Both the position numbers and the translations under genes were made by a program. Shown one piece after another: positions 7,269 to 16,948 of a stretch of 64,000 bases of DNA. The DNA is taken from positions 62,001 to 126,000 of IMG/VR virus record IMGVR_UViG_3300042545_001134; one strand, given 5' to 3'. Numbering within the stretch: position 1 is the first letter of the stretch; each line of letters starts with the position of its first letter. The notes under the pieces are model-generated. The model worked only from the letters and a program-made list of their open reading frames with translations. It was not told the origin of the DNA and did no database searches.

Positions 7269-8201
7269 TTAAAAAGGTAACGAGTCATTATCATAAATTT
7301 CCGATGCTCGGTTTGTTTCATCATCTAATCTTCTCATTATTTCCTCAACCCTAATTCTTTCCTGCCATTGAAGTCCTTCATTTCGTTCTTGATATTGTTG
7401 TTCTTGATTTAATTCATTGGCAATTCTTCTAACATCATCAATATCAATATCATCACGAAAATGTGGAGGTAATGGTGCATTTTGTTTTTTACTTTGTTGT
7501 ATGGTTACCGCGATTCCATGGTTTTTTGCCAATTCAATAACTGACTCTCTTTTTTTAACCTCCTCAATCAACACACCCATAACTTCATTTGGTATTGACC
7601 ATAACATTGGATTACTTTCCTTGTCGTTGGCCAACCATCCCTGTACTTTATCTTCGGTTGTTGAAGATGATACCGCATATTTTACATTACTCTTCTTATT
7701 GATGATGTAAATCAATTTGTATTTTGATTTGTAATCGTCCCAATGTCTCTCCTGGGTTGTACACCACTTCGTATTTGCACCATACATCTTTGATGCCTCA
7801 AATGATAATGGAATTATAACCAACCAAAAATCGGTTTCATATAATTTCTTAACCTGTTTCTCAAGTTCCTTTAGTTTAACAACATCATCCGCTCGGTTTA
7901 CTTCCTTCTTGATGTCATTAAAATTTTTATAATGACTAATGTCGGGATTACTCAAACGGTTTGCTCGAGAATGTTTTTCAAAATCAATAAGTAATGCCAA
8001 ATTTTCATATTCGAATAGTTTAATTACTATACTCCTATGTAACGCCTGAACATCTCCCTTCTTATAGTACTCGTTTTTGAGTATCTTGATAAGAAACCCC
8101 ATATACTTGTAGGTCTCTGATGGTTCAACTGATGCAATAATGTCAATCAGTGAAACATTTAATTCCGGATGTTGTTCTTTTAACTTATCTAATCTTGACA
8201 T
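7269..8201 (-). CDS. Conserved jumbo-phage protein with YGxxTKWCTT motif (paralogue of 22535-23554)
   Basis: WLVIIPLSFEASKMYGANTKWCTT. Confidence 0.7.
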   Translation of the reverse strand: MSRLDKLKEQHPELNVSLIDIIASVEPSETYKYMGFLIKILKNEYYKKGDVQALHRSIVIKLFEYENLALLIDFEKHSRANRLSNPDISHYKNFNDIKKEVNRADDVVKLKELEKQVKKLYETDFWLVIIPLSFEASKMYGANTKWCTTQERHWDDYKSKYKLIYIINKKSNVKYAVSSSTTEDKVQGWLANDKESNPMLWSIPNEVMGVLIEEVKKRESVIELAKNHGIAVTIQQSKKQNAPLPPHFRDDIDIDDVRRIANELNQEQQYQERNEGLQWQERIRVEEIMRRLDDETNRASEIYDNDSLPF

Positions 8202-8203
8202 AT

Positions 8204-8503
8204 CTACTTAGGTATTCTATCCAACACTCTTTCCACCATATCTTCTCTTATCCGATAGTTGTTTTCATTGTCGAATGACTGTTGCGATATGTACTCACCG
8301 GCACGATTCTTAAACCTCGCGTAGATACCATTACTTTGGTGGGTAAAACCATTCGTCTCCAAATAATCTTTAACATAATCCTTACCACTAAATCCTTGTT
8401 GTTTAACGGTTACGAAAAAAAGTCTATCCGCAAAACTAATCGATACATCCGAAAACTTTATGTATGAATGTAGGTGTTCGTGTACTTGAATGTTACTATC
8501 CAT
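8204..8503 (-). CDS. Hypothetical protein
   Basis: ORF track, promoter motif upstream. Confidence 0.6.
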   Translation of the reverse strand: MDSNIQVHEHLHSYIKFSDVSISFADRLFFVTVKQQGFSGKDYVKDYLETNGFTHQSNGIYARFKNRAGEYISQQSFDNENNYRIREDMVERVLDRIPK

Positions 8504-8555
8504 GATGGTTTATTTTTATAAAGGATAAGAAATTTTTCCGAATATTCCAAATTGT

Positions 8556-9293
8556 TTACCAATAACCCACATCTTTTTTAAAGAAATCGTTATTGCCCCT
8601 GTTTCTGTAACTCTTAATGAGTAACTTAATCATACCAAAATACCCCATCTTTTTAAACCTCCTATCATCTTGACCAATATAGTGATTTGAAATTTTAAAG
8701 TTTTCGGGGTAAAACTTCTTACTCAATACATAATCCTCAGAGTGATTTAATGTTTCATCAAACCCACCGAAAAGATTAAACATCTTTCTATCAACCATGA
8801 AATAGGTTCCAACTGCAAAGGGGGTGACCTTACTAACAAAGTAATTCACGATATTAAACATTTTAAACATAAGTGAAGTTCTAAAATCATTACCATATGA
8901 TTCTAATTTACAGGTTAATAGTTGTAATTCCCTCTCTTCCATTTCATTTAATGTATTTTTAATGGTATGGGAGTCATCTAAAATTACATCACCGTCAATG
9001 AATAAGATATATTTGGTATCAACCAATTTTGCCCCATTGTTTCGACCAACTGATACGGTACCCCCATCAATCAATTCTATCTTTAGTTTCTTCTGATAAA
9101 AGAATGATTGTTTTTTAATTACCTTTCGAGTTCCATCATTACTATGATTGTCCGCAATTATCACTCTTGTTCCCCGTATACCGGTTTGGTTATGTATTGA
9201 ATGTAATGTACGCTCAATGTAATTTGCTTCGTTATATGTTGGGATAACGATTGTAAGGTTATTTTTTATTGAAGTGTTTTGTGAATTTGCCAT
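8556..9293 (-). CDS. Glycosyltransferase family 2
   Basis: IVIPTYNE, IADNHSNDGT, GRNNGA, LFIDGD, GGFDE, EDY. Confidence 0.9.
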   Translation of the reverse strand: MANSQNTSIKNNLTIVIPTYNEANYIERTLHSIHNQTGIRGTRVIIADNHSNDGTRKVIKKQSFFYQKKLKIELIDGGTVSVGRNNGAKLVDTKYILFIDGDVILDDSHTIKNTLNEMEERELQLLTCKLESYGNDFRTSLMFKMFNIVNYFVSKVTPFAVGTYFMVDRKMFNLFGGFDETLNHSEDYVLSKKFYPENFKISNHYIGQDDRRFKKMGYFGMIKLLIKSYRNRGNNDFFKKDVGYW

Positions 9294-9954
9294 TGTTATA
9301 AATTATATATGAATTATTTTCTATCCAGTCACCGCAATTGACGTATTCAATATCGTCGATGACTTTTATTATGGGATGATGAATATGCCCACAGACAACT
9401 TTGGTACAGTTTCTTTTTTTCGCTTGGTAAACTATTTGGTCCTCAAAGGATGTGATGAATTTAACCGCCTCCTTTACTTTATCCTTTAAGAACTTAGATA
9501 AAGAACGTTTAAACCCCAATCTTTTAAGGTATCTATCAACTACAATTGCCAAATCGTAACCGACGGAACCAAGAACACCCAACCATTTTAATTTTACAAC
9601 ACCATCATATAGGTCTCCATGTGTGATGAAAATATCTTTGTAAATGTATTCATTGTGAAATTCGATATTCCCAAATGATAAGTCATCATAATCCCTCAAG
9701 AACTCATCATGATTACCAGTGATGTAAATTACTTTCGTACCATTTTTTGAATAGGATAGAATTTTTCTTATTAAGTTGGTGTAAGATTGTTTCCAGTAAA
9801 ATCTCTTTTTTAATAACCAACCATCAATTATGTCACCAACCAAGAAAAGGTATTCCGGTTGATATTTTTTTAAGGTCTCAAGGACCTCTTCAGCATTACA
9901 TCCCTTTGAACCGAGGTGAACATCTGAAATTAATAACGCTTCAATTTTTTTCAT
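9259..9954 (-). CDS. LpxH-like metallophosphoesterase (UDP-2,3-diacylglucosamine diphosphatase family)
   Basis: SDVHLG, LVGDIIDGW, GNHDE, THGD, CGHIH, NCGDWIE. Start taken as MKKIEAL at 9954. Confidence 0.85.
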   Translation of the reverse strand: MKKIEALLISDVHLGSKGCNAEEVLETLKKYQPEYLFLVGDIIDGWLLKKRFYWKQSYTNLIRKILSYSKNGTKVIYITGNHDEFLRDYDDLSFGNIEFHNEYIYKDIFITHGDLYDGVVKLKWLGVLGSVGYDLAIVVDRYLKRLGFKRSLSKFLKDKVKEAVKFITSFEDQIVYQAKKRNCTKVVCGHIHHPIIKVIDDIEYVNCGDWIENNSYIIYNNGKFTKHFNKK

Positions 9955-9955
9955 T

Positions 9956-10681
9956 TTAAAATAGTTTTCCTTGTATGTATTCCATTGCTCTTCTATACCT
10001 ACTGATTGGTTTGTGTTCCTCACCATCTAAGAACTTCTCCAATACTCTCTTTACATTAATCTCTTCGGGGTCATAGATGTCTCTAACAATATTATTCCCG
10101 TCAATTATGTGTGGTCGGGCGTAGTATGTTAACTTCTTAAATGAATCACCGTACTTGTGAAACTGTTCTTTGAATAACTCGGACGCCATCTCTTTAATTT
10201 TGATTTTAAATTGATAGTACTCGTCACCAATCTCTTTAGTCCACCCGTATTCCCAACTGGTAAACAAATAAACTTTCTTTTCTGATTTGTGGAAGAACGT
10301 AATGATTTTATCTTCTCCCGGTGAACCGGTGTTCCACTCTATCTTTTCTTCGTTGTTAGATTTATCTTCAATACCAAAGATTCCATTTGGTGTTACGAAC
10401 AAATAATCAGGAGATGACTTACTTCCGAATGGTTCGTGAATAACAAAGTATCCACCGCCCAATTTATCGGAGGTGAATACACTGTGGTCGTATTTGAAAT
10501 AGAAGTTTTTTAATTCGTCTTTATTCTTCTTATCTTCAATGTAGAATTGACCGTCTTTCAACCATGGTAATTCTAAGAACTTGGTCATCGTAAATGATTC
10601 TCTCTCTTTACTGTTCCAATCGTTCTCAATCTCGTTAACTATACCTGATAGTATACCTTTCAATTCTTCACTTTTTTTCAT
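9956..10681 (-). CDS. Restriction-endonuclease-like PD-(D/E)XK protein
   Basis: EPFGSKSSPDYLFV...GIEDKS. Confidence 0.5.
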   Translation of the reverse strand: MKKSEELKGILSGIVNEIENDWNSKERESFTMTKFLELPWLKDGQFYIEDKKNKDELKNFYFKYDHSVFTSDKLGGGYFVIHEPFGSKSSPDYLFVTPNGIFGIEDKSNNEEKIEWNTGSPGEDKIITFFHKSEKKVYLFTSWEYGWTKEIGDEYYQFKIKIKEMASELFKEQFHKYGDSFKKLTYYARPHIIDGNNIVRDIYDPEEINVKRVLEKFLDGEEHKPISRYRRAMEYIQGKLF

Positions 10682-10890
10682 TAAGATTCTCTTTCTTTTC
10701 TATCTATGTATCTATGTACAATAATTAACAATATCATTACGATTATACTTTGCTGTGCTGGTATTGGTAAAAACATCACTAACGCCATGCAGATACCATA
10801 AAGAAAATCGTTCCAATCCTTCTTGATGAGTGACCCTAAAATATAGAGACCCCATATAATTCCAATCACTATGTTGAAGACTACTAACAT
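10681..10890 (-). CDS. Small membrane protein
   Basis: Hydrophobic; promoter directly upstream. Confidence 0.55.
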   Translation of the reverse strand: MLVVFNIVIGIIWGLYILGSLIKKDWNDFLYGICMALVMFLPIPAQQSIIVMILLIIVHRYIDRKERES

Positions 10891-10895
10891 TGTTC

Positions 10896-10927
10896 CAAAT
10901 ATAAAAGATTATTTTGAATATTCCAAA
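10896..10927 (-). promoter_or_regulatory. Bacteroidota-type promoter with TTTGGAATATTC element
   Basis: TTTG-N20-TATATTTG. Confidence 0.7.
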
Positions 10928-10984
10928 TAATACCCTGATTTTTTTCAAAATCGGTATATATATGGATTATAAAAACTTATAACA

Positions 10985-11389
10985 TTGGACAAAATAGAAG
11001 TATTTGAACCCTATCATCAACACCTATTATTAAAGTGTTGGATGACTAATCCTCCTAAGAAGGAAGAACAACTAAATAAATGGTTTATACACCTCGTAGA
11101 TTCGGTTGGAATGAGGGTAGTTGCTGGGCCAACCAGTGTCTATGTATCCGACCCAGGTAATGAGGGGTTAACGGGAACCGTAACATTAGCCACATCACAC
11201 GGGTCAATACACATTTGGGACCATTATGAGTTACCAATGGCACAGTTTGACATCTACAGTTGTAAATGTTTTAACTTGGGTACCGTATTAAAGTGTTTTG
11301 AACCTTTCGGTATGGTAAAGGCAGAATGGGTTATGATTGACAGGAATGGTAGTCCTGTAATCACCGAATCGGGAGTGTGGGAAGGTTAA
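10985..11389 (+). CDS. speD: S-adenosylmethionine decarboxylase proenzyme (class 1b-like), TTG start
   Basis: GLTGTVTLATSHGSIHIW...DIYSC. Confidence 0.75.
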   Translation: MDKIEVFEPYHQHLLLKCWMTNPPKKEEQLNKWFIHLVDSVGMRVVAGPTSVYVSDPGNEGLTGTVTLATSHGSIHIWDHYELPMAQFDIYSCKCFNLGTVLKCFEPFGMVKAEWVMIDRNGSPVITESGVWEG

Positions 11390-11476
11390 TTTATTTATAT
11401 TTTCCGAATAAATCTATGTAATATTGGTGGTGTTCTCAATATAGGGGCGGTGATATTTATATATAAATAAAAAATT

Positions 11477-12037
11477 ATGGGTGGAGATATACGTAAAATG
11501 ATTGATAAAGTAAAAAACTTTAAACATTTTGTGAATGAAAGATTGGAATTAGGTAGTCAAGAAAGAATTCATCTAAGTAAAACACCAATTGATAAAATTG
11601 AAAACGGAGTTAAAAATCAAGATGTTCACGGAAAACCGGGAGGTTTATGGTATGGATTCGGTGATAATTGGATTAATTTTAAAAAATATGGTGTTACTTG
11701 GGATACCAAGGAAAACGTACCATTAAAGGGTGTGATGAATAGTGAGGTTTATATTTATAAATTATATTTAGATATGAGTGAAATTATGATTCTGAATACA
11801 GAAGATTTATTTAAAGAGTTTACAGAAAAATATAGTACACACCAAAATTATCCACACAATATTAATTGGGATTTAGTTTCAAAAAAATATAAAGGTATCG
11901 AGTTTCCAAATTATGAAGAGATTGGTGTTAGAAATTTACATCAAGAATCAAAAGAATATTATTGGGCATATACCATTGATGCAAATTCTGGTTGCATTTG
12001 GGATGTATCAGCAATAAAAAAATTTAGATTATTATAA
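11477..12037 (+). CDS. Hypothetical protein, possibly virion-packaged
   Basis: TATTTAT motif upstream; N-terminal ...KNFKHFVNE leader; KPGGLWYG, INWDLV..KYKGI, DANSGCIW. Confidence 0.65.
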   Translation: MGGDIRKMIDKVKNFKHFVNERLELGSQERIHLSKTPIDKIENGVKNQDVHGKPGGLWYGFGDNWINFKKYGVTWDTKENVPLKGVMNSEVYIYKLYLDMSEIMILNTEDLFKEFTEKYSTHQNYPHNINWDLVSKKYKGIEFPNYEEIGVRNLHQESKEYYWAYTIDANSGCIWDVSAIKKFRLL

Positions 12038-12056
12038 AAAATTGTGGATGAAGATA

Positions 12057-12776
12057 TTAATGAGAAATAACTAACTCATCTCTAAGTTTCGCGGCCATTT
12101 CATAGTTCTCATCTGCAACCGCAATGAGTAATCTCTCTTGGAGTTCCTGTTTTGATTCTCCAGATAAATCTTCTTGAATTGGTTCTCTTTCTTCTTGTAG
12201 AATGGAAACCCACGCCTTCAAATAAAGAATAACATTCCCCTTTTTAGAATAGTAGTTGTGGTCTTGAGTGGTTGTGGTAACCATTTTCTTCACTTCAACC
12301 ATTTTGGTTCTTCCAAACAATCTACCGAAGAAAGTATTAACTGGGATATAATCGTAATGGTCAAATACTTCAGTTGTTACTTTATGATGGGTAGATATCC
12401 CTGAACGTTTTAATATTGCGGAATTTTCCAAATACTCTAAGTGTGCGATGTCATCAGTAGTTAATCCAGCATCGTTTAAATCGTCGAAAATCTGTTTCAT
12501 TGGTACTCCCGTTATTGGGCACCATGCACTTATAAGGCTCTTCCAAGTTTTTGCCACCTCAGGTTTATCTTTAACCTTCTCAAAGATTGAGTGTGTAAAG
12601 ATATCCTCATCTTTAAGTCGTTGTTTCAACTCGGTACCTGTTATCCCTAACATTGCTTGAGATACAACACCACAGTTACAACTTTCTTGTTCCTGCCAAT
12701 TGTAAATTACTGTTCCATTTTCAAGTGCTCTGATTGCACCCATTAAAGATTTGGTTAATTTTTCTTTACGGTTCAT
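12057..12776 (-). CDS. Hypothetical protein with C-terminal UVR (UvrB/C) coiled-coil motif
   Basis: LQERLLIAVADENYEMAAKLRDEL. Confidence 0.65.
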   Translation of the reverse strand: MNRKEKLTKSLMGAIRALENGTVIYNWQEQESCNCGVVSQAMLGITGTELKQRLKDEDIFTHSIFEKVKDKPEVAKTWKSLISAWCPITGVPMKQIFDDLNDAGLTTDDIAHLEYLENSAILKRSGISTHHKVTTEVFDHYDYIPVNTFFGRLFGRTKMVEVKKMVTTTTQDHNYYSKKGNVILYLKAWVSILQEEREPIQEDLSGESKQELQERLLIAVADENYEMAAKLRDELVISH

Positions 12777-12787
12777 AGTATGTAGAT

Positions 12788-13660
12788 TTATAATATTTCT
12801 TTTAAAGTTATTTCTTGTGGTGAATTTATAATTTTAGGACCTTCTCTAAACCATTTAGTGATGATGTTTTTTTCACCCGAGATAACCGGTAGTCCGCAAT
12901 GTTTTGCGTATTCATTTGGTTTTCCATTTCTTAAAATATTAGACCAAACAACGGCAGTTCCGGTATTCGGAATTAATGTTTTATCGATTTTTGTGAAGTG
13001 TGTTTCACCACCCTCTTCCACATCATTAAGATAAACCATGAATGTCCACGTTCTTTGACCAAGATTAACTAACCCCACTTTATTGGGTTCGTAATTCTCA
13101 TCAAAATAATCACCGTGTTCTTTAAATTGTTGACCAACTAGATACTTCTGACCTTGTGGTATTTCACCCAACTCGTGGGGTAATTTCATAAACGAATGTA
13201 TCTTATCATTTACGGATTTATAGATTGGATTATCTAAAAACATATCACAGGTTGAACTGGTTCTAACGTCTTCAACATTAGTATTTGTAACCACTGTTGA
13301 TTGTCTCAACTTACCAACCATCTGTTCTATTAACTCCCCACATTCTTCACCCGATAAGAAGTTTGGTATTGTATAAATTTCCAAAAACTCAGTCTCGATT
13401 CTATAAACACCTGAGTTATCACACAACGGTTTATAGAGAGGTTGAATGGTAAATGGTGGTGTTTCATTAAGGGCTACTTGGGTATCCTTTCTTTTTTGTA
13501 TCAAAGGATTTGAAGGTGTCATATCTAATTCTTTAGAAATTAAATCATATTCAAATCCATGATTTAATAATACGTTAAAGATATTTTCTTTACCTAAACC
13601 ATTTACTACGTTTGTCCAAATCCAAACTTTCCATTCCGGTGATAAACTTTTGATAATCAT
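12788..13660 (-). CDS. 2OG-Fe(II) oxygenase, prolyl 4-hydroxylase-like
   Basis: RTSST, FKEHGDYF (HxD), WTFMVYLNDVEEGGETHF, HCGLPVISGEK, TKWFR. Confidence 0.9.
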   Translation of the reverse strand: MIIKSLSPEWKVWIWTNVVNGLGKENIFNVLLNHGFEYDLISKELDMTPSNPLIQKRKDTQVALNETPPFTIQPLYKPLCDNSGVYRIETEFLEIYTIPNFLSGEECGELIEQMVGKLRQSTVVTNTNVEDVRTSSTCDMFLDNPIYKSVNDKIHSFMKLPHELGEIPQGQKYLVGQQFKEHGDYFDENYEPNKVGLVNLGQRTWTFMVYLNDVEEGGETHFTKIDKTLIPNTGTAVVWSNILRNGKPNEYAKHCGLPVISGEKNIITKWFREGPKIINSPQEITLKEIL

Positions 13661-13930
13661 TTTTATTTATATTGATTGAATAAATCTATGTAATAATCCA
13701 CCTTTTCGGGACGGACTGTCATTGAGAAATAAAATTGTTTTTCTTTAATTCCTTTTGGGAATTTTGTGCGCATTAGATTAAATAACTCTCTTCTTTCGAC
13801 AGTAGGGTTATGATATTCGTGTTTCATTTTTTTGTTTATAAACTACAATATACAATAACAGAAACAAGTACCATCCACAGTACGAGTACTCCGGCAATTG
13901 CCCAATCCGTAGATTTCCAATTCTTCATTT

Positions 13931-14218
13931 TTATAAACTTTTTAAATGGCAGTATCGATTCGCCGCCACGATTATCTTGAGGTTTTTCAGACAGTCTTGG
14001 TCTGCACGGTTGACTGCCTCGAATAAATTGTTATCAACGATTGACTGAACAAAACTCCCACCCATCGGACCAACACCATCTCGAGTTACCATCACTGATA
14101 CAATGATATCAATAATGTGTTCACTTACATTTACTTCGTACTTTTTTACAAACTCTCTTGCGGTTTCGTAAAATTTGTTTCCTCTATCTATCATAACTAT
14201 TTTGTTTTTAATTATCAA
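13931..14218 (-). CDS. Hypothetical protein
   Basis: ORF track. Confidence 0.6.
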   Translation of the reverse strand: MIIKNKIVMIDRGNKFYETAREFVKKYEVNVSEHIIDIIVSVMVTRDGVGPMGGSFVQSIVDNNLFEAVNRADQDCLKNLKIIVAANRYCHLKSL

Positions 14219-14687
14219 ACCAAAAAACTACTCTAAATCCATTTTCTTTAATCGTATGTCGATTGTCATCATCAATCCAAAACTCATTTTTAAATCTTTC
14301 ATTCATTGGGTTAACAAAAAAAGATAATGTTTCAATAAGTTCTTTATTATCTGAATTATTGTAAATGTAATCTTTGAGTTCTTTCATTGTATAGTAAGAA
14401 GGTGTATGTACCTCATCCCATTTTTCATACTCTCTTTTGGTAACGTCACTCACATCTTCAGGTAAACCTCTCGGCTCCTTAATTGGGTCTTCAGAACTTC
14501 TCACACCAGCAAGTATTCCGAACAACTCATAATTTCTTCCAATGTAAAATGAAACTTGGTCGTATTCATTTTTAGAGTCGTCCAACCCAAAGTGTGGATT
14601 TATTTGCCAGTAGTCAACGTTGACCCATTTATTTTCACCGTTAATCGATGTGTATTTTTCTAAGTAACTATGTATATCGCATCCCAT
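14208..14687 (-). CDS. Conserved phage protein (MGCDIH type)
   Basis: MGCDIH...RNYELFGILAGVR...PRGLPEDVS...RVVFWFDN. Confidence 0.75.
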   Translation of the reverse strand: MGCDIHSYLEKYTSINGENKWVNVDYWQINPHFGLDDSKNEYDQVSFYIGRNYELFGILAGVRSSEDPIKEPRGLPEDVSDVTKREYEKWDEVHTPSYYTMKELKDYIYNNSDNKELIETLSFFVNPMNERFKNEFWIDDDNRHTIKENGFRVVFWFDN

Positions 14688-14732
14688 ATTTCAAATATAA
14701 TTAATTTTTTCCAATTATTCGGTTTTACCAAA

Positions 14733-15614
14733 TTAAACTTTTAATTTTTTTATTATTATTTCCGCAGTTGCTCTCGGACTCAAAAATTCTTCGTAAAATT
14801 TTTTATTATTTAATCCCATTTGTTCCAATTTTTTAGGATTTTTGAGTAAGTTTCGTGCGATTTTAATTCCATCACTCCAATTTTCTACTTTTATAACTGG
14901 AATATTTTTATAGTATTCCCTATCGGGTAATTCTTCTGTTATAACTACACAACCATACTTCATGGCCTCATACAATCTAAATGTTTCTGAATTTGTCCAA
15001 CCTCTTGGACAAAGTGCTATTTTACTATGTTGTAAAAAGTATTGGTATAATTCCGAGTCCATTCCTTTGTTAAAATCTTCGTTGAATTGAAACAAATCTC
15101 TATTCCATTTCCATTGAAGGATTTTATTCAAAATTTTCAAAGTTTTATTTTTGTAGAATGATAATCCCATGGATAACCAAAACTTACGAATACCACTCAA
15201 CTCACTTGCCAATACCAATCGGTTTCTATTTAAACAACCAATAAAAGATATGTTGTATAGTCTTTCACCCATTGGTATTATTTCGGAATTTATACTTTCA
15301 GTAAAATAACCCAAAGGTATTGATGTTGTATTTTTGGTATTCCAATAGTAATTTGAAAAAATATGAGTGTAATCGTTTTTTATCTCATTTATATTATTTC
15401 TTTTGTTTTCACTACTATGCCAAATTAAAACTTTTTTGGAATGATTGATTCGTTTGGGTAGTGGAGTAGGAGTTTTACTTCCATTAGTAGAATACATCAC
15501 AAACAAAAATTCATCAAAATTTTTAAGTTTCTTTTTTAGATACTTAAACATTTCTCCCGTGTACCCTCCTTTGTATTTTTGCTCATTACCCAACTCATCA
15601 ATAACATTTTTCAT
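14733..15614 (-). CDS. Exostosin/GT-B-type glycosyltransferase-like protein
   Basis: SKIALCPRGW..ETFRLYEAMKYGCVVI. Confidence 0.7.
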   Translation of the reverse strand: MKNVIDELGNEQKYKGGYTGEMFKYLKKKLKNFDEFLFVMYSTNGSKTPTPLPKRINHSKKVLIWHSSENKRNNINEIKNDYTHIFSNYYWNTKNTTSIPLGYFTESINSEIIPMGERLYNISFIGCLNRNRLVLASELSGIRKFWLSMGLSFYKNKTLKILNKILQWKWNRDLFQFNEDFNKGMDSELYQYFLQHSKIALCPRGWTNSETFRLYEAMKYGCVVITEELPDREYYKNIPVIKVENWSDGIKIARNLLKNPKKLEQMGLNNKKFYEEFLSPRATAEIIIKKLKV

Positions 15615-15653
15615 ATTTTTAATATAATTAAAGTTTTTTAAAAAACAAAATGA

Positions 15654-16919
15654 TTACACCATTGAGTTGTAATATGTGTGTGATTTTATGATTGCGTTTT
15701 CAATAACACCAATGATACTGGTAAGGTTAAATTCATCAATATTACCAATTGAAATTCTAAACCAACCCTTGTTTTCTTTTGAACCAAAGTATTCAAATGG
15801 TACAATACCCAAACCACACGTATTGATTAAGTAGGATATGTAATCCTCAGTATTGGCAAATGAGTGAGTGTATTCTATATAAACTGAAATGTATATTCCA
15901 CCTTCAGGTCTTTGACAGTCAACTCTGAATCCTTTACCTTTCATCTTATCAAACATATCACAAATAGAATGTGTAATGTGTTTGTATTTGGTGGTAACAT
16001 TTTGAGTGTGGTGGGTGAACTCAGGTAAAGTATCTGACATAAATTTACCAACCGCATTTTGTTCCGCCTTTGGTGCCCACGCTCCGATGTGTGAAAATAT
16101 CTCGGTTAGTTTTCCAATAATATCTTTAGGTCCAAACGCCCAACCAACACGAACACCGGTTGCATTAAGTGACTTGGAGATACCATCAACACAAATCAAA
16201 TAATCTTTAATCTCAGGACATAGTGTTAATGGATGAACAAACAAATCATCTTGAGTTAAATCAGAATAGATTTGGTCAAAGAAAAGGTACAGAGGTCTCG
16301 AATTTATGTGGTCTTTCCTAACGTTATTTTCATTTACAATTAAATCACAAATATCTTTTAAAACTTCAGGGTCTATAACACGACCTGTTGGGTTCTGTGG
16401 TGAACAAATACAAACCAATGATGTGGTCCTTTTAATTTTAACGTCAATATCCATTACACTCGGGAAGAATGAGTTCTCAGGTTTACATTCGATAACATCT
16501 TTAACCGCATTATGTAAGAATGAGTAGTGATTGTTATTCCACGATGGAACCGGATAAATAACAGAGTCACCATCATTTACGGTACCTTTGAATATGGTAT
16601 AGATTAATGGTCGAACACCTCCACCAATTAATATCTCTTCGGGTGAATAGTCAATGTCGTGTTTTGTTTTCATGTAATCACTAACCGACTTTCTCAAATC
16701 TAGTTCTCCCTGTGATGCCGGATAGTTGGTTAGGTCTTCGTTGTACGCATCTTGAATGAAAAACTTTAACCTCTCAGGTATTGGCCATTTCTTCGAATCA
16801 AAATCACCTATTGTTAAATTGGCAACGGGTTTAGTTTTTGATATTTCTTTAATTTGTTGTGAGATTTTAATAATCTCTGAGCCGATGATTCCGTTTCCAA
16901 TTTTCGATAATCTTTTCAT
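15654..16919 (-). CDS. PLP-dependent aminotransferase class I/II
   Basis: NLTIGDFD, CSPQNPTG, FDQIY, DGISKS, GVRVGW, FRISI. Confidence 0.92.
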   Translation of the reverse strand: MKRLSKIGNGIIGSEIIKISQQIKEISKTKPVANLTIGDFDSKKWPIPERLKFFIQDAYNEDLTNYPASQGELDLRKSVSDYMKTKHDIDYSPEEILIGGGVRPLIYTIFKGTVNDGDSVIYPVPSWNNNHYSFLHNAVKDVIECKPENSFFPSVMDIDVKIKRTTSLVCICSPQNPTGRVIDPEVLKDICDLIVNENNVRKDHINSRPLYLFFDQIYSDLTQDDLFVHPLTLCPEIKDYLICVDGISKSLNATGVRVGWAFGPKDIIGKLTEIFSHIGAWAPKAEQNAVGKFMSDTLPEFTHHTQNVTTKYKHITHSICDMFDKMKGKGFRVDCQRPEGGIYISVYIEYTHSFANTEDYISYLINTCGLGIVPFEYFGSKENKGWFRISIGNIDEFNLTSIIGVIENAIIKSHTYYNSMV

Positions 16920-16948
16920 TGTTTTTTATGGGTCTTTATGTTTTAAGT

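Noticed and set aside
11406-13695. 18-nt match GAATAAATCTATGTAATA at 11406 and 13678
   Set aside because: Very AT-rich, different orientation relative to genes, and the second copy lies in a small ORF; chance is plausible.
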